Part shown: positions 17,918 through 28,264 of the stretch, piece by piece | Position numbering within the stretch: the first letter of the stretch is position 1 | How the letters are laid out: each line of letters begins with the position of its first letter | IMG/VR virus record: IMGVR_UViG_3300050196_000027 | Span: 1 to 35,112 of that record | From: a virus | Taxonomy: Duplodnaviria; Caudoviricetes | Length of the DNA stretch: 35,112 bases | Reading direction: 5' to 3' (one strand) | Translations under genes and position numbers: made by a program | Notes under the pieces: generated by a model | Database searches by the model: none | Seen by the model: the letters and a program-made list of their open reading frames with translations, nothing else | What the model was told of the DNA's origin: nothing

Positions 17918-19770
17918 TATAAATTACCCTCACTAGTAAGAGTTCCTGGACTCCCAGCTACTGTAATTTGCCATCCTTTAGGGCTCCCGACAGTAGCATA
18001 TTGATTTACAAGTCTATCTCCCTTAGCCCAAGTTCCTGTAGTTGGTGCTGTAGCGCTACTTACATATACTTCTAATAGAAGACCATTTCTTCTTCCAATG
18101 TATAAACAAGAGGTTCCTGCAGGAGTTCCTGTACCAACTCTTGTAGTTACAGTATCAAAAATATTATCACATACTGGAAGTGTAGTTGTACCCACAGATG
18201 AGCTAGCTCCAATACCTTGATTACAATTTTCAATCCTATTTCTATCTACAACTGACACAGAGAAGTATCTAGTAGCTGCAGAAAATAGAGTATCAAAGTT
18301 AACACCATAATAGAAAGTAGTAACATAGTTATCTAGAATATCAACTTTTGGAGCAGAAGAACCCACTTGAATACCACAATTAGTAACTGAAGACGTAGCA
18401 CTATCTATTCCAATAACATAGTTACGAGCGATAGTATTACGTTTAGCACCAGACTGTGGAGACATATTAATAGATGGGGCTAAAATATTTGATCTATAAC
18501 AACTATTCTCAATAATTTGGATATTTCCTAAACCAGTATCACCAGAAGTTAAACTAACATTAATATCACTACCCGTACTATTATAAATAGTATTACCTTT
18601 TACGGTACAATCTTTCATCTTATTGACAATAGAAATACCACTTGTAGCAGAGTTTAAAATCATGTTATCTACTACATAACTATTAGAAGTTCCACCTGCA
18701 GCGGGGCAAGTTACGACAATACCTCCTGTTGCAGAAACTGTATTTTGAAAGTCAGAAACAATATTTCCTTTAATACTTTCTCCACCATTACAAGTCACAA
18801 AAATACCTGCGCTCAAAGCTGTGGCGGTGTCGTACCCATTTCTCCAACAAATATTATTATTTGCAGAAATTTGCCCACCTGTAGTATTACCAGCTCCTTG
18901 AATATAAATACCAGTCCATCTAGTATTATTACAGATATTTCCAGAAACATTAGCTCTTACAGGGTTTGTACTATTATAATTTACAATAATTCCATGCCGG
19001 CGCACGCCTCCTGCTGTGGCATATGCAAGAGTATCATCCATTGTAATACAGACATTCTCAGTAATGGAAACATCTTCATCATGCCCAAGAGCATCAAAGA
19101 AAATTCCCTGGCTATTATTACTTAGACAATAGTTGTTAGTAATAATACTCTTTCCACCGGAAGTACCACTATAAAAAATGATATCAGCAGCAGTAGCTGG
19201 CGCTCCACCAGTAACACCATCCCAGGAACCTTTCCAGAAAAAGTTATCCCTTACTGTCACAAATTTCCCGTCTCTACTCTGTACTCCTGAACAAGTATTA
19301 TTTAGTTCAAAGTAATTATCATAAATAGTTACAGAATTTTTACCAGAAATGTAGACACCATTCTGCTTAGTAAAATCAAGGGCATTTCCAGCTACACCAA
19401 ATACAAAATGTAAATTATGAATCTTTGTATTATTACCAGCTACAAAAATATTTTTACCAGATACACTTTGGTATACTCTAGAATCCCAACCATATCCAAA
19501 AGTCTCAATGCCATCTGGTAGTACAATTTCATCTGAGATTTTATAATATACTGGACAACTTGGAAAAATAACAGGTTTTTTACTTGTAGCAGCGGCAGTG
19601 AAGGCTAGTTTAATTGCAGAAGTATCGTCAGTAACCCCATCCCCTACAGCCCCATATGCTTCATCTGTAATAAAAATAACTTCTGAGGAAGTCACAGCGT
19701 ATACGTGGTCATTAACATCGTTTAACCATGAAGCTTCAATAACTGTCCCATTAACAAAATTTGTATCCAT
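17917..19770 (-). CDS. Tailspike with right-handed beta-helix (pectate lyase 3-like) domain
   Basis: YGAVGDGVTDDTSAI motif, Asn-ladder repeats and C-terminal PTTGTWAKGD motif. Confidence 0.85.
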   Translation of the reverse strand: MDTNFVNGTVIEASWLNDVNDHVYAVTSSEVIFITDEAYGAVGDGVTDDTSAIKLAFTAAATSKKPVIFPSCPVYYKISDEIVLPDGIETFGYGWDSRVYQSVSGKNIFVAGNNTKIHNLHFVFGVAGNALDFTKQNGVYISGKNSVTIYDNYFELNNTCSGVQSRDGKFVTVRDNFFWKGSWDGVTGGAPATAADIIFYSGTSGGKSIITNNYCLSNNSQGIFFDALGHDEDVSITENVCITMDDTLAYATAGGVRRHGIIVNYNSTNPVRANVSGNICNNTRWTGIYIQGAGNTTGGQISANNNICWRNGYDTATALSAGIFVTCNGGESIKGNIVSDFQNTVSATGGIVVTCPAAGGTSNSYVVDNMILNSATSGISIVNKMKDCTVKGNTIYNSTGSDINVSLTSGDTGLGNIQIIENSCYRSNILAPSINMSPQSGAKRNTIARNYVIGIDSATSSVTNCGIQVGSSAPKVDILDNYVTTFYYGVNFDTLFSAATRYFSVSVVDRNRIENCNQGIGASSSVGTTTLPVCDNIFDTVTTRVGTGTPAGTSCLYIGRRNGLLLEVYVSSATAPTTGTWAKGDRLVNQYATVGSPKGWQITVAGSPGTLTSEGNL

Positions 19771-21230
19771 TAATTTCTTCCTTTATTAATTACAACTTGG
19801 AGATTTTGTACTCTAACTGGATAATTATCCTTATGGTATAGTTTGAAAGCTCTTTGTCTAAAATTACCAAGTCTTGTAATGCTAGGTAAATCTTGATTCA
19901 TATTTACAGTCCATTCTCCATAAAAGGATTGAAAATCATCATCTGAAACATATACTGTCATATAGCTATCTCCAGAGGGCCTGTCACATACAATAGAAAG
20001 TTTTGGCATATTTTTTCTATTCATAGTGCCGAAATCTGCAGGTTCTGTAATTGCTTGCCATACAAAAGAAACCCCGTCATCTTGATAAACAGAATCATTA
20101 AACTTAAATAGAGAAGTTTCTCCATTTACTGAAAAAACTGATGTGACTCCAGAGTTATAGACTAATGTATTTGCGTATGTCATTTGAAAACCATCGCCGG
20201 TTTTCCACTGCCATCTTCCCCATAACTTTTCTTTTAAATCATAAACAAAGCTTCTTTGGTTCCCATTTAGTAGATAGAAATCATGTCCAAGATTAGAGAC
20301 AATAAAGCCTTTATAAGAAGAGAGAGTATTTCCAGAAGCAGAAAAATATCTACGAATAGTCTCATTAGATACTGGCTCAATGGTAAAGTCTTGTAGCTTA
20401 AAAACATCAGGCTGTTGACTCTCATTATACCCTATGAAATAAATAGCATTCCCAGCATAACCAACTCCACCAATAAATCCGTTAAGTTTAACTGGGGTAT
20501 CATTTCTCTTTAGTGGAGAACCACTAACTTCACCAGCATCATAAAAATATTCAATAGTTTTAGAACCAAATACAACTAGATAGTTGTTAAGTCTGGAGAC
20601 TTCCTTAGCAATATCCCCACTAATTTCTGTCATAATAAAATTACCAGCAGTCCATAGTAAAGGATCATCAAGATCACTATTCCAAAGATATGCTGTATCT
20701 GTTTCAATTAGAAATAAATACCCATCCAGAAATACTGGTTGTGGATTATGTGGTGTTGGTAAATCTGCATCGGCACATACTGCCACTGTTCCAGTGTCTG
20801 TTATTGTAACTAGTTTTGTTCCATCAGTTGCAACAAGTAAAGATGTACCAGTTGAGTATAAAAATAATTCAAATCCAACTGGTGTACTTCCAGCAGTAAA
20901 TACTCCAGAACAAGTTACTGTACTATTTGTATTCACATTGTATAAAAGAACATTAGTTCCAACTGAGTATGCAAAGAGTCCCTTATCCACCCACATGTAA
21001 CTTCCTCTAATGTTCCCTGTGCTAGAAATAAATGTGGATGACCCTGCTCTTTTATAATGAAAAGTTCTTGAGTCATTAATATGCTTATCTTTTACGATTT
21101 CAACAATACAATTTACAAGACTTTCATCTTTTAAATTCATCGGATCGTTTTGACGAGAAGTCATATCACGACTTAATTGAACATTCTCTTGAGAAAATGT
21201 ATCAGAAGTGGGAGTCTTTGTATAGGGCAT
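19770..21230 (-). CDS. Tail hub/nozzle (P22 gp10-like packaged DNA stabilisation protein)
   Basis: FLDGYL, WNSDL.DP..W, LVVFG..TIEY and RLG.FRQR motifs; size and synteny. Confidence 0.75.
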   Translation of the reverse strand: MPYTKTPTSDTFSQENVQLSRDMTSRQNDPMNLKDESLVNCIVEIVKDKHINDSRTFHYKRAGSSTFISSTGNIRGSYMWVDKGLFAYSVGTNVLLYNVNTNSTVTCSGVFTAGSTPVGFELFLYSTGTSLLVATDGTKLVTITDTGTVAVCADADLPTPHNPQPVFLDGYLFLIETDTAYLWNSDLDDPLLWTAGNFIMTEISGDIAKEVSRLNNYLVVFGSKTIEYFYDAGEVSGSPLKRNDTPVKLNGFIGGVGYAGNAIYFIGYNESQQPDVFKLQDFTIEPVSNETIRRYFSASGNTLSSYKGFIVSNLGHDFYLLNGNQRSFVYDLKEKLWGRWQWKTGDGFQMTYANTLVYNSGVTSVFSVNGETSLFKFNDSVYQDDGVSFVWQAITEPADFGTMNRKNMPKLSIVCDRPSGDSYMTVYVSDDDFQSFYGEWTVNMNQDLPSITRLGNFRQRAFKLYHKDNYPVRVQNLQVVINKGRN

Positions 21231-21931
21231 TATTTCATCCTAGGACTAAAAGTAATTGATGCATCTTCTTCCCCAAAGCTATCAATAAGAGTAATATACT
21301 CTGAAGCTTCTTGCATTAACATTTTTCTATCCTCTAAGGGAATACCCCATTCAGGAGCTAGTAGAACAGCAAGTTTATACACAACTGGTAAATACCATTC
21401 TTCAGGCATATCAAGTGTATCTGTAGCAGAGCTAAAGTATTCAAATGGTCTTTGATATGTTAATAAAATTTTATATGAAGACACCACTGAATCATTTGGA
21501 ACAGGCCAAACATCAATCTGGCCTGAGTTAATAAGTGGTTGATAGCTAATTTTTACAGGCATACTACTAGATGTATTCACCGGAAGGACATTATACTCGC
21601 TTTTAGCAATAATGTCAATAGGTACACGAGTATTTCCATTAGATATATTTACCACAACAGCATCTAACATTTTTAATGGAAAAGGAGTATTCAATGTTTT
21701 ACCAACTCCAATAGTATACGAAGGTACTCCTGAAGTTAATGGCATTAAATACTCAGCTCTTGCCCATAATGGTAGCTGCCTCGCTCTTAAATAGGATACA
21801 AGCATATTCAGAGAAAGTGCAGCTTTTGAAATGTCATCTGGGTCAGGAACTTGTCCTTTTGCAAGAACTCCTAACTTACTGATAGCAGCAGTACAGAGAG
21901 TATCTCTAGTTAAACTATTAATTGTTGTCAT
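21230..21931 (-). CDS. Head-tail adaptor (P22 gp4 / tail tubular A-like)
   Basis: LGVLA.GQ.P, LNML, VWPVP and PEEW...VVYKLA..LAPEWG motifs. Confidence 0.75.
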   Translation of the reverse strand: MTTINSLTRDTLCTAAISKLGVLAKGQVPDPDDISKAALSLNMLVSYLRARQLPLWARAEYLMPLTSGVPSYTIGVGKTLNTPFPLKMLDAVVVNISNGNTRVPIDIIAKSEYNVLPVNTSSSMPVKISYQPLINSGQIDVWPVPNDSVVSSYKILLTYQRPFEYFSSATDTLDMPEEWYLPVVYKLAVLLAPEWGIPLEDRKMLMQEASEYITLIDSFGEEDASITFSPRMK

Positions 21932-24777
21932 GGTAATGTTGCCTGTGTAATATCTGTATATGCTCCATTTCCTGAAGCATTAATGCCGTAAACTCTAAAT
22001 ACATATGTTGTATCCGAAGTAAGTCCAGTAATTGTAGTTCCAGGGGTAGTAGTGACTCCATCAGTAAATGTAGTAAATGACCCATCTACAGACCTACGAT
22101 ATTGAACAATATAATCCGTTACAGCAAGTCCAGTTCCTGGGGCAGACCATACTAGTTGTACAGAAGTAGCTGTTACAGTTCCAACTGAGTAACTATTTAC
22201 AGCTCCTGGTACATTTACATTACTGGTAACAGCTATAGTATCCACAGAAAAAGCTGGCTTACTATAAGGAGGTGCAGCACTAAAAGATAGAGTTGATCCA
22301 ATATCTGCAGGAGTAATGATGTACTTCACTCCAGTCTCACCTGAAATTGGCACAGTAGTTCCTGCTGTAGTTCTATACCATTGTTTAAAGTAACGAGTTG
22401 GGCTTAAAGTCCATGTACCAACTGTAGCTGTTAATGTTTGCCATGTATTTACAGTCCCAGAAATAACTGGTATACCAGTATTAACTGGATATGATCCTAA
22501 TACAATAGGAACAGATGGCCGGATAGACTGAATTGTATATGTAGCAGCGGGCACAGTTACAGAAGATGCATTTCTATTTCTATAAATCAAATGCACTTGA
22601 TTTGCTGTAATACATCTAGCACTAATATCAATATCGGCATATCCAGTATATACACCAAAAGGTGCATTAACCATAACCATATCTGTAGTAACTAGATCAT
22701 CAATACCAGTTGTTATATCATACACATAACTTCCACCTGCAGGAACCACAGCAGAAGGTAAGGCAATTTGCCATGTTTGACCTGTAACTTCTGTATACTT
22801 TAAGTTATATGGTGTTGGAATAGCATCATAAGATTGATTTCCAATAGTGCTTAGATACCCTGAAGAATTAGCATTCCCAATTCTACGAATATCACCCTTA
22901 AAGATTTTATATTGTAAGTTTTGTCCTGTAAGAGTAATATTTCCTTTTGGAAGTTTTACTAATTCTGAAAAAATTCCTACGTTAATATCTCCATTCCACC
23001 AGGAACATCCAGCATCAAAGTCTAAGATTTTTGGGTTAGTCAATTGAGCTGAAATACTTCCATTAGCAGCATCCCCTGTAATTCCACCAACAGATGGAGT
23101 TTGGAGTGTGTCAATGGTAAGATTGTTAGCATCAATAACTGCCGTAACTTGGTATAATCCATTTAAGATAATACCGTCTACAGCTAGTAAAGCTCCCTGT
23201 GTAGCAGAGTCTACAATATGCAACCAGTCTCCAATGGCTAGCCCATGCTTCTTGTATTGAAAAGAAATAAGAGAGCTTGCAGCAGTTGTAGTGAAAGAAA
23301 GTGTCTTTTGAATATCAGGAGTTGGTTTAACAGCTAGAGTTCCAGTTCCAGAGACTTGTAGTCTAAATGAAGGATCAAAGAAATAACAATTTGAGTTGCT
23401 ATTCAAAATAGAATCTGGGACAATTTCCACATCATCAAAATAAATATTTTTAGTCCCTACAAAAGTAAATACGGATACATTAGCATGAATTCTTAAATCT
23501 GACCAATAAAATCTATTAATATTAATATCAGTATTAATGGCTCTAAATAGAAATGTGCTATGAATTGGAAGGTCTACATTTCCTGCTGATCCTGCTGATT
23601 CACAGTGGCAGTCTAAATGATTATTTACATTAAGTTGTTCCCAAGAACTATTAGCTGAAGGTGGATAACCACCATCCCCCCATACTATACCAATTCCAGA
23701 ACTTGTTAGTAAGAAACCGTTATAAATTCCCATACCACGAGGACCATTAAAATAGCAAGGAGTTCCATTAGTTCCATTAGCTACAAATCTACAACCCTGA
23801 GAGAAATCATTATGTTGAGTGCCACCACGATATCCTGCTGGAGTTGTTAATGGTGCATATGTTGAAAGAGTTCCTAGATTAAAGTCATTATAGTTATCAA
23901 TAACTGAAGCAAAAGCACTAGAAGTCGGGTCATTAGCGGTTAAGCTTGGGTATCCATTTACAACTTCGCAGTTAATTTTTCCATTATGTTCTGATCCACA
24001 ATTATACTCCATAGCTCTTGAAGCCCATCCGGAGAAAATACAGTCGTAAAACTTATGATATGGACTTGGATTTCTTTCATAGTCTCCTACATCATATACA
24101 GTATCTGGAGTATCAACTCTGGATTTTCTAATACCTAAAACTGGAATTTGACCTGTAGTAGAACTACATACTAGTCTAACTTGATACCAATGCTGGGCTT
24201 GTGCACCACCAAGGTCTATAGCAATTTTACCACCAGCAGAACTTACTAGAGTTGTTCCATTCCAATAGACATGACAACTAGGCATGAAAGTAAAATTAAC
24301 TGTATCAGAACAGTAAATAGTACCGCCTTGTGGAAATACTAAACTTCTTGTTGTCGTTCTTCCACTTCCCTTAATTGTAAAAGATTGTTGTCGAGCAAAG
24401 TCAATTGCAGCATTCAATGCAACTGTGTCATCAATCGTAGAGTCCATACCAAGGCCCCACCAACCAACATAAATCTTTTCTTTGTAATCTTTTCTAATCC
24501 ATGCTCCAGTAGTACCATGGACTATATCAGTTGGAAAAGGAACATAAACAGCATGAAGGAAATCAATTGCACACTTATTAACAAAGTCACCAAAAGTACA
24601 AACAAAAACACCAGATTGTAAGCCATTAGAAAGTGTAACTTCGGCCCCAGCTTCTGGTGTTAATGATAAGATTTCTTGAGTTGAAGTAACAGTACCATAG
24701 GAAATGGAGTCTTCTACTTTGTTTAGCCATTCGGCGGTAATTAGAGTTTTTCTTGGATAAAATTTAGTAGAAGACAT
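21928..24777 (-). CDS. Second tailspike/fibre-like virion protein with C-terminal Ig-like and fibronectin type III domains
   Basis: WWG...DDTVALNAAI beta-helix start; C-terminal SVQLVWSAP...YIVQYR...ITGLTSDTTYVFRVYGIN is an FN3 pattern. Confidence 0.75.
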   Translation of the reverse strand: MSSTKFYPRKTLITAEWLNKVEDSISYGTVTSTQEILSLTPEAGAEVTLSNGLQSGVFVCTFGDFVNKCAIDFLHAVYVPFPTDIVHGTTGAWIRKDYKEKIYVGWWGLGMDSTIDDTVALNAAIDFARQQSFTIKGSGRTTTRSLVFPQGGTIYCSDTVNFTFMPSCHVYWNGTTLVSSAGGKIAIDLGGAQAQHWYQVRLVCSSTTGQIPVLGIRKSRVDTPDTVYDVGDYERNPSPYHKFYDCIFSGWASRAMEYNCGSEHNGKINCEVVNGYPSLTANDPTSSAFASVIDNYNDFNLGTLSTYAPLTTPAGYRGGTQHNDFSQGCRFVANGTNGTPCYFNGPRGMGIYNGFLLTSSGIGIVWGDGGYPPSANSSWEQLNVNNHLDCHCESAGSAGNVDLPIHSTFLFRAINTDININRFYWSDLRIHANVSVFTFVGTKNIYFDDVEIVPDSILNSNSNCYFFDPSFRLQVSGTGTLAVKPTPDIQKTLSFTTTAASSLISFQYKKHGLAIGDWLHIVDSATQGALLAVDGIILNGLYQVTAVIDANNLTIDTLQTPSVGGITGDAANGSISAQLTNPKILDFDAGCSWWNGDINVGIFSELVKLPKGNITLTGQNLQYKIFKGDIRRIGNANSSGYLSTIGNQSYDAIPTPYNLKYTEVTGQTWQIALPSAVVPAGGSYVYDITTGIDDLVTTDMVMVNAPFGVYTGYADIDISARCITANQVHLIYRNRNASSVTVPAATYTIQSIRPSVPIVLGSYPVNTGIPVISGTVNTWQTLTATVGTWTLSPTRYFKQWYRTTAGTTVPISGETGVKYIITPADIGSTLSFSAAPPYSKPAFSVDTIAVTSNVNVPGAVNSYSVGTVTATSVQLVWSAPGTGLAVTDYIVQYRRSVDGSFTTFTDGVTTTPGTTITGLTSDTTYVFRVYGINASGNGAYTDITQATLP

Positions 24778-25142
24778 TATATATTCTCCGGTGTGAATTC
24801 GTTTGCAAATGTAAAGTTTGGAAAGGCCCCATTATACTCAATTGGTGTTTCAGCATAGTATACTCCAACTCTGGCACATCCTGCAGTAGCATAATCTGCT
24901 CTAGCTTGTTGTGAAATTAAGTCACAACTGAAAACAAAAATATCTTCTGCATCTTTTCTAATAAAAGTAGGAACAGCTTTTTCCCCACGAATTTTTATTA
25001 ATGTTTGAGGATGCCTTGTTTCAAAGTCTTTATGACAAACTACTAGGCCATCCCAACGATTTTGCATGTCCCCGCTTGGGAACCAAAAGCCACAAACATC
25101 ACAAGCAACTTTCCAGTTACCAGGCCAAGTAGTCTTTCTCAT
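24777..25142 (-). CDS. Hypothetical protein with CxxC motif
   Basis: CDVCGF...WDGLVVC...RHPQ. Confidence 0.65.
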   Translation of the reverse strand: MRKTTWPGNWKVACDVCGFWFPSGDMQNRWDGLVVCHKDFETRHPQTLIKIRGEKAVPTFIRKDAEDIFVFSCDLISQQARADYATAGCARVGVYYAETPIEYNGAFPNFTFANEFTPENI

Positions 25143-25369
25143 TTGTTTTTAAGCTCCCGAATATCAGCTTTAATCTCATCAAACATAGACCGTAGTTCAA
25201 GTTTAAATTCTTTAAAGTCGTCTCTGTGTAGGTAGTCTCTACGAATTTCAGCAATGTCTTTTTCCAAATCTTTGACTTTATCATCATTTGAATCAAGAGT
25301 TCTTTTCAAGAAAAAGGCAACAATAACTAAAGCTCCATTTGCTACCCATAGGGCAGTTACTGGTTCCAT
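25139..25369 (-). CDS. Small membrane-anchored coiled-coil protein
   Basis: N-terminal hydrophobic helix followed by charged heptads. Confidence 0.65.
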   Translation of the reverse strand: MEPVTALWVANGALVIVAFFLKRTLDSNDDKVKDLEKDIAEIRRDYLHRDDFKEFKLELRSMFDEIKADIRELKNK

Positions 25370-25371
25370 AA

Positions 25372-26145
25372 TTATGCGTAATTAATAGTTCCAACAACTT
25401 GAGCAGCAGTCACAGCAGTAACGTCTGCAACGGCAGCTCCGCCTGTAATGGCATATGCAATTCCTGTTCCAAGACGCATCGAAGCCCAACCAGCCGGGAT
25501 GACTACAGTACCATTAATTGGAATAAGAATAGTTGCTATAGGAGTATCAGTACCAACTGTAGGAGCAGAAGCCTTGTCATATAGTTTAAAATAAGCTACG
25601 CCAGCTCCGTTATTACTAACTACAATATCATTAATAATACCAGCAGAAGCTTTTACAGAAGTAGCGTTTGTAGTAGCAGCACTTACAATGTGTGACCAAG
25701 ATGAAAATCCTTGACCAACTTGAGGAGAAGTAGCTACGTTTGGAGTACCAGAAATTGTAACTGTAGAATTTGTACTAATAGGAGTTGTAGAACTCATATT
25801 AATATTTACTTGAGCTGTCCCTGAAGTATATGCTGTACATTGTACTCTAAAATATTTTGTACTAATAGGAACAATAAAAATCCCTGGACCAGAAGAAGTA
25901 GCTGCAGTTAGCCCACCATTTGAAGTTCCAATGACAGTTAACCAATTTACCCCATCATTAGACATTTGAAATGTTAATGTAGCCAAAAAGGTCCCTGAAA
26001 TTTGTACAGATGCTGAATTCCAGTGACGACAATCAATAGCTTGAATATTATCCCTGGTAGTCTGTCCAGAAATAGGAACAATACCTCCGTTTGCTGTAAT
26101 TGGACCAATGTAGTCTGCTGCATCAAATCTAACTAAATCACTCAT
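25372..26145 (-). CDS. Putative virion structural protein (two beta-sandwich-like halves)
   Basis: Ala/Thr/Ser-rich; AAGGA SD; located in the structural operon. Confidence 0.6.
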   Translation of the reverse strand: MSDLVRFDAADYIGPITANGGIVPISGQTTRDNIQAIDCRHWNSASVQISGTFLATLTFQMSNDGVNWLTVIGTSNGGLTAATSSGPGIFIVPISTKYFRVQCTAYTSGTAQVNINMSSTTPISTNSTVTISGTPNVATSPQVGQGFSSWSHIVSAATTNATSVKASAGIINDIVVSNNGAGVAYFKLYDKASAPTVGTDTPIATILIPINGTVVIPAGWASMRLGTGIAYAITGGAAVADVTAVTAAQVVGTINYA

Positions 26146-26158
26146 AAATTTCCTTTAG

Positions 26159-26186
26159 AAAAAGAAGAGGCCGAAGCCTCTTCTTT
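26159..26186 (-). terminator. Rho-independent terminator after the head module
   Basis: Minus strand AAAGAAGAGGC-TTCG-GCCTCTTCTTTTT (cUUCGg tetraloop). Confidence 0.88.
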
Positions 26187-26188
26187 GT

Positions 26189-26626
26189 TTAAGTTACATA
26201 CCAAACAGCAATCTTCCAAGGACCACCAGCACTTGATGTAGTTCCTGATTCTGTATATTTAGCAAAAATTGTTAAATCTTGCCCAGTAAGAGGAACTGGT
26301 TCAATTGTTGGGATAGCAGAAGTAACTGTGGAAGTAGGAATAACAAGCCCACCAGCAGTTTTAATATCTTGAGTATTTACATACTCATTAGCATTAGCTG
26401 CTGTACTTCCAATAGAAATCGTAGCTGTAGTACCAGCATTTGATGCAGTACCATAGATTAAAAATCCTAGGATAGTAGATTGTCCTGGTAAGACAACCTT
26501 TAGTACACCAGCAGTCTCTGTACGAGATAGTTGGAACATTTTAATTGCTCCATCTTTAGCCGCTGGTGTAAGTGCTGTTGGACCCATTGCACCTGGATAA
26601 ACCAGATCAACTTGTTTTACACCCAT
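26189..26626 (-). CDS. Putative capsid-associated (decoration) protein
   Basis: Directly after the MCP; strong TAAGGAG SD; beta-rich. Confidence 0.6.
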   Translation of the reverse strand: MGVKQVDLVYPGAMGPTALTPAAKDGAIKMFQLSRTETAGVLKVVLPGQSTILGFLIYGTASNAGTTATISIGSTAANANEYVNTQDIKTAGGLVIPTSTVTSAIPTIEPVPLTGQDLTIFAKYTESGTTSSAGGPWKIAVWYVT

Positions 26627-26641
26627 AAATTCTCCTTAAGA

Positions 26642-26659
26642 GGAGGGGTTTCCCCCTCC
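26642..26659 (-). other. GC-rich hairpin after the MCP stop
   Basis: Minus strand GGAGGGG-GAAA-CCCCTCC followed only by TCTT. Confidence 0.65.
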
Positions 26660-26665
26660 ATTTGA

Positions 26666-27595
26666 TTAAGCGCCGGGTGAGCCGTAAATAGCACGGCGAT
26701 CAGTCCAACCAAAGCTATAGCGAGCTGTAGCCTTGTACTTAGCGTTTTCTGTGTCGAAGTCTTCATCCATATTGAACTCGTCTGCACGACGTTCAAAATA
26801 CTTTAGACCATTCTTTACGTCAGTCTTAATAAACCAAGCATCAGTGTCTGTTAAGTAGTGGTTTACAACTACTGAAGGAATGAGACCCATTGTCTTTAGA
26901 GCATTTAGGTCATTCATATCAGTACCTGGGCGACCATCAGTATTTAGAATACGCTTAACTTCAAACATTAGTTCCTTAGGGATAACTAGGGTTTGAGGAC
27001 GTACAGCAATACGTAGGCCACGGTCATTAGTGAAACCAGCAATATCAATACAAGCTTGCTCAAGAGCAGCCTCAGAGATATCTACCCCCACCGACACACC
27101 GTTGGTATAAGTACCACCAGCAATATTAGGAGCTGAAGTAGAGCCACCACCACCGGCTGACGCAATTAGAGAAGCGCCATCACCACCTACGTAGGAAGTA
27201 TTAAACGCACGATTATATACGTTAGCAGCAACAATTTCCTTAGTTTGACGCATGGAGAAAGCTAGAGAACCAGCCTTCTGTTTACCAACTACATCATATT
27301 GGTCATCTTCATACACTTCACGAGTGATAATGAAGCCTAGCGCATATACAACGTGGTTATAACGGCTAGTAAACCCTTGACGAGAAGTGTCATAAGTAAT
27401 TGGAGCACCTTCGTTTTTAACCGAAGCTAGCCCGAAGTAAGAAGCACCTACATCTTCTTCAAAAGCCCGACGAGAAGTATGCTTCTCAAAAAGCTTATCC
27501 CATTCTACTGGATATTGAGAATAAGCATCCCCGTACCAGGCATTAACACCAGGCCATAGTGCCTTGGCAAAACTTGAAGTAGCAATAACACCCAT
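26666..27595 (-). CDS. Major capsid protein (HK97 fold)
   Basis: 309 aa; ALWPG, KNEG..I.YD, YALGF.IT.E..EDD.Y, NHYLTD.DAWF and RYSFGW.D.R..YGS.G motifs; synteny. Confidence 0.88.
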   Translation of the reverse strand: MGVIATSSFAKALWPGVNAWYGDAYSQYPVEWDKLFEKHTSRRAFEEDVGASYFGLASVKNEGAPITYDTSRQGFTSRYNHVVYALGFIITREVYEDDQYDVVGKQKAGSLAFSMRQTKEIVAANVYNRAFNTSYVGGDGASLIASAGGGGSTSAPNIAGGTYTNGVSVGVDISEAALEQACIDIAGFTNDRGLRIAVRPQTLVIPKELMFEVKRILNTDGRPGTDMNDLNALKTMGLIPSVVVNHYLTDTDAWFIKTDVKNGLKYFERRADEFNMDEDFDTENAKYKATARYSFGWTDRRAIYGSPGA

Positions 27596-27607
27596 GTTAT
27601 ACTCCTA

Positions 27608-28246
27608 TTATACGCCAGTAGCGCCAGTACCACCACCAAGTGTAGCTTGGTTCAGTTTAACTAGGAGCTTAACAGCAGTTGATGTACCAGATACAGTTTC
27701 ATTATCTGGACGTTGTACAGCACCAAGAATTTTCCAAGGTAGTGTAGCAGTAGTAGCTTTTGTAGACATATCTACAGCGGAACTTGAAGCTCCTGTAGTA
27801 GTAGAACCAGCTACAGTAGTAGAGCCCACATTTAAACCAACATCAGCTAGTAGATAAGTATAAGAAGCATTTGCGCCTGTTACAGCTTCTACTTCATAGT
27901 ATACATCAGGGGCATCACATACTAGTACATATGCAAAAGTTGATGCAGCACGATATTGTGGTGTATCTAGGGCAATAGACCCAGCAGACATAGCCCCAGA
28001 AACTGGGTCCATCTTAGCAGGGATAATACCAATAACTACACCAAGAACCTGTCCGGAAGCAGTAGCTTTAGTCACTGATGGGACACCATTAACGTGAGCA
28101 GCACCATCAAGGTTTACTGGATCACCAACAAAAAGAGCAGTGCCATCTGAAGCAAGCACTGCGTAGATATTAGCTTGCCCATTATAAGCAGAGCCTGTAG
28201 CGTGCTTAACTGGGCGAAAGCCATTAATACGAGAAATATTAGCCAT
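27608..28246 (-). CDS. Putative minor capsid / cement protein
   Basis: GFRPV and LFVGDPV motifs; immediately upstream of the MCP. Confidence 0.6.
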   Translation of the reverse strand: MANISRINGFRPVKHATGSAYNGQANIYAVLASDGTALFVGDPVNLDGAAHVNGVPSVTKATASGQVLGVVIGIIPAKMDPVSGAMSAGSIALDTPQYRAASTFAYVLVCDAPDVYYEVEAVTGANASYTYLLADVGLNVGSTTVAGSTTTGASSSAVDMSTKATTATLPWKILGAVQRPDNETVSGTSTAVKLLVKLNQATLGGGTGATGV

Positions 28247-28264
28247 TGGCTATTCCTTTCAAAG

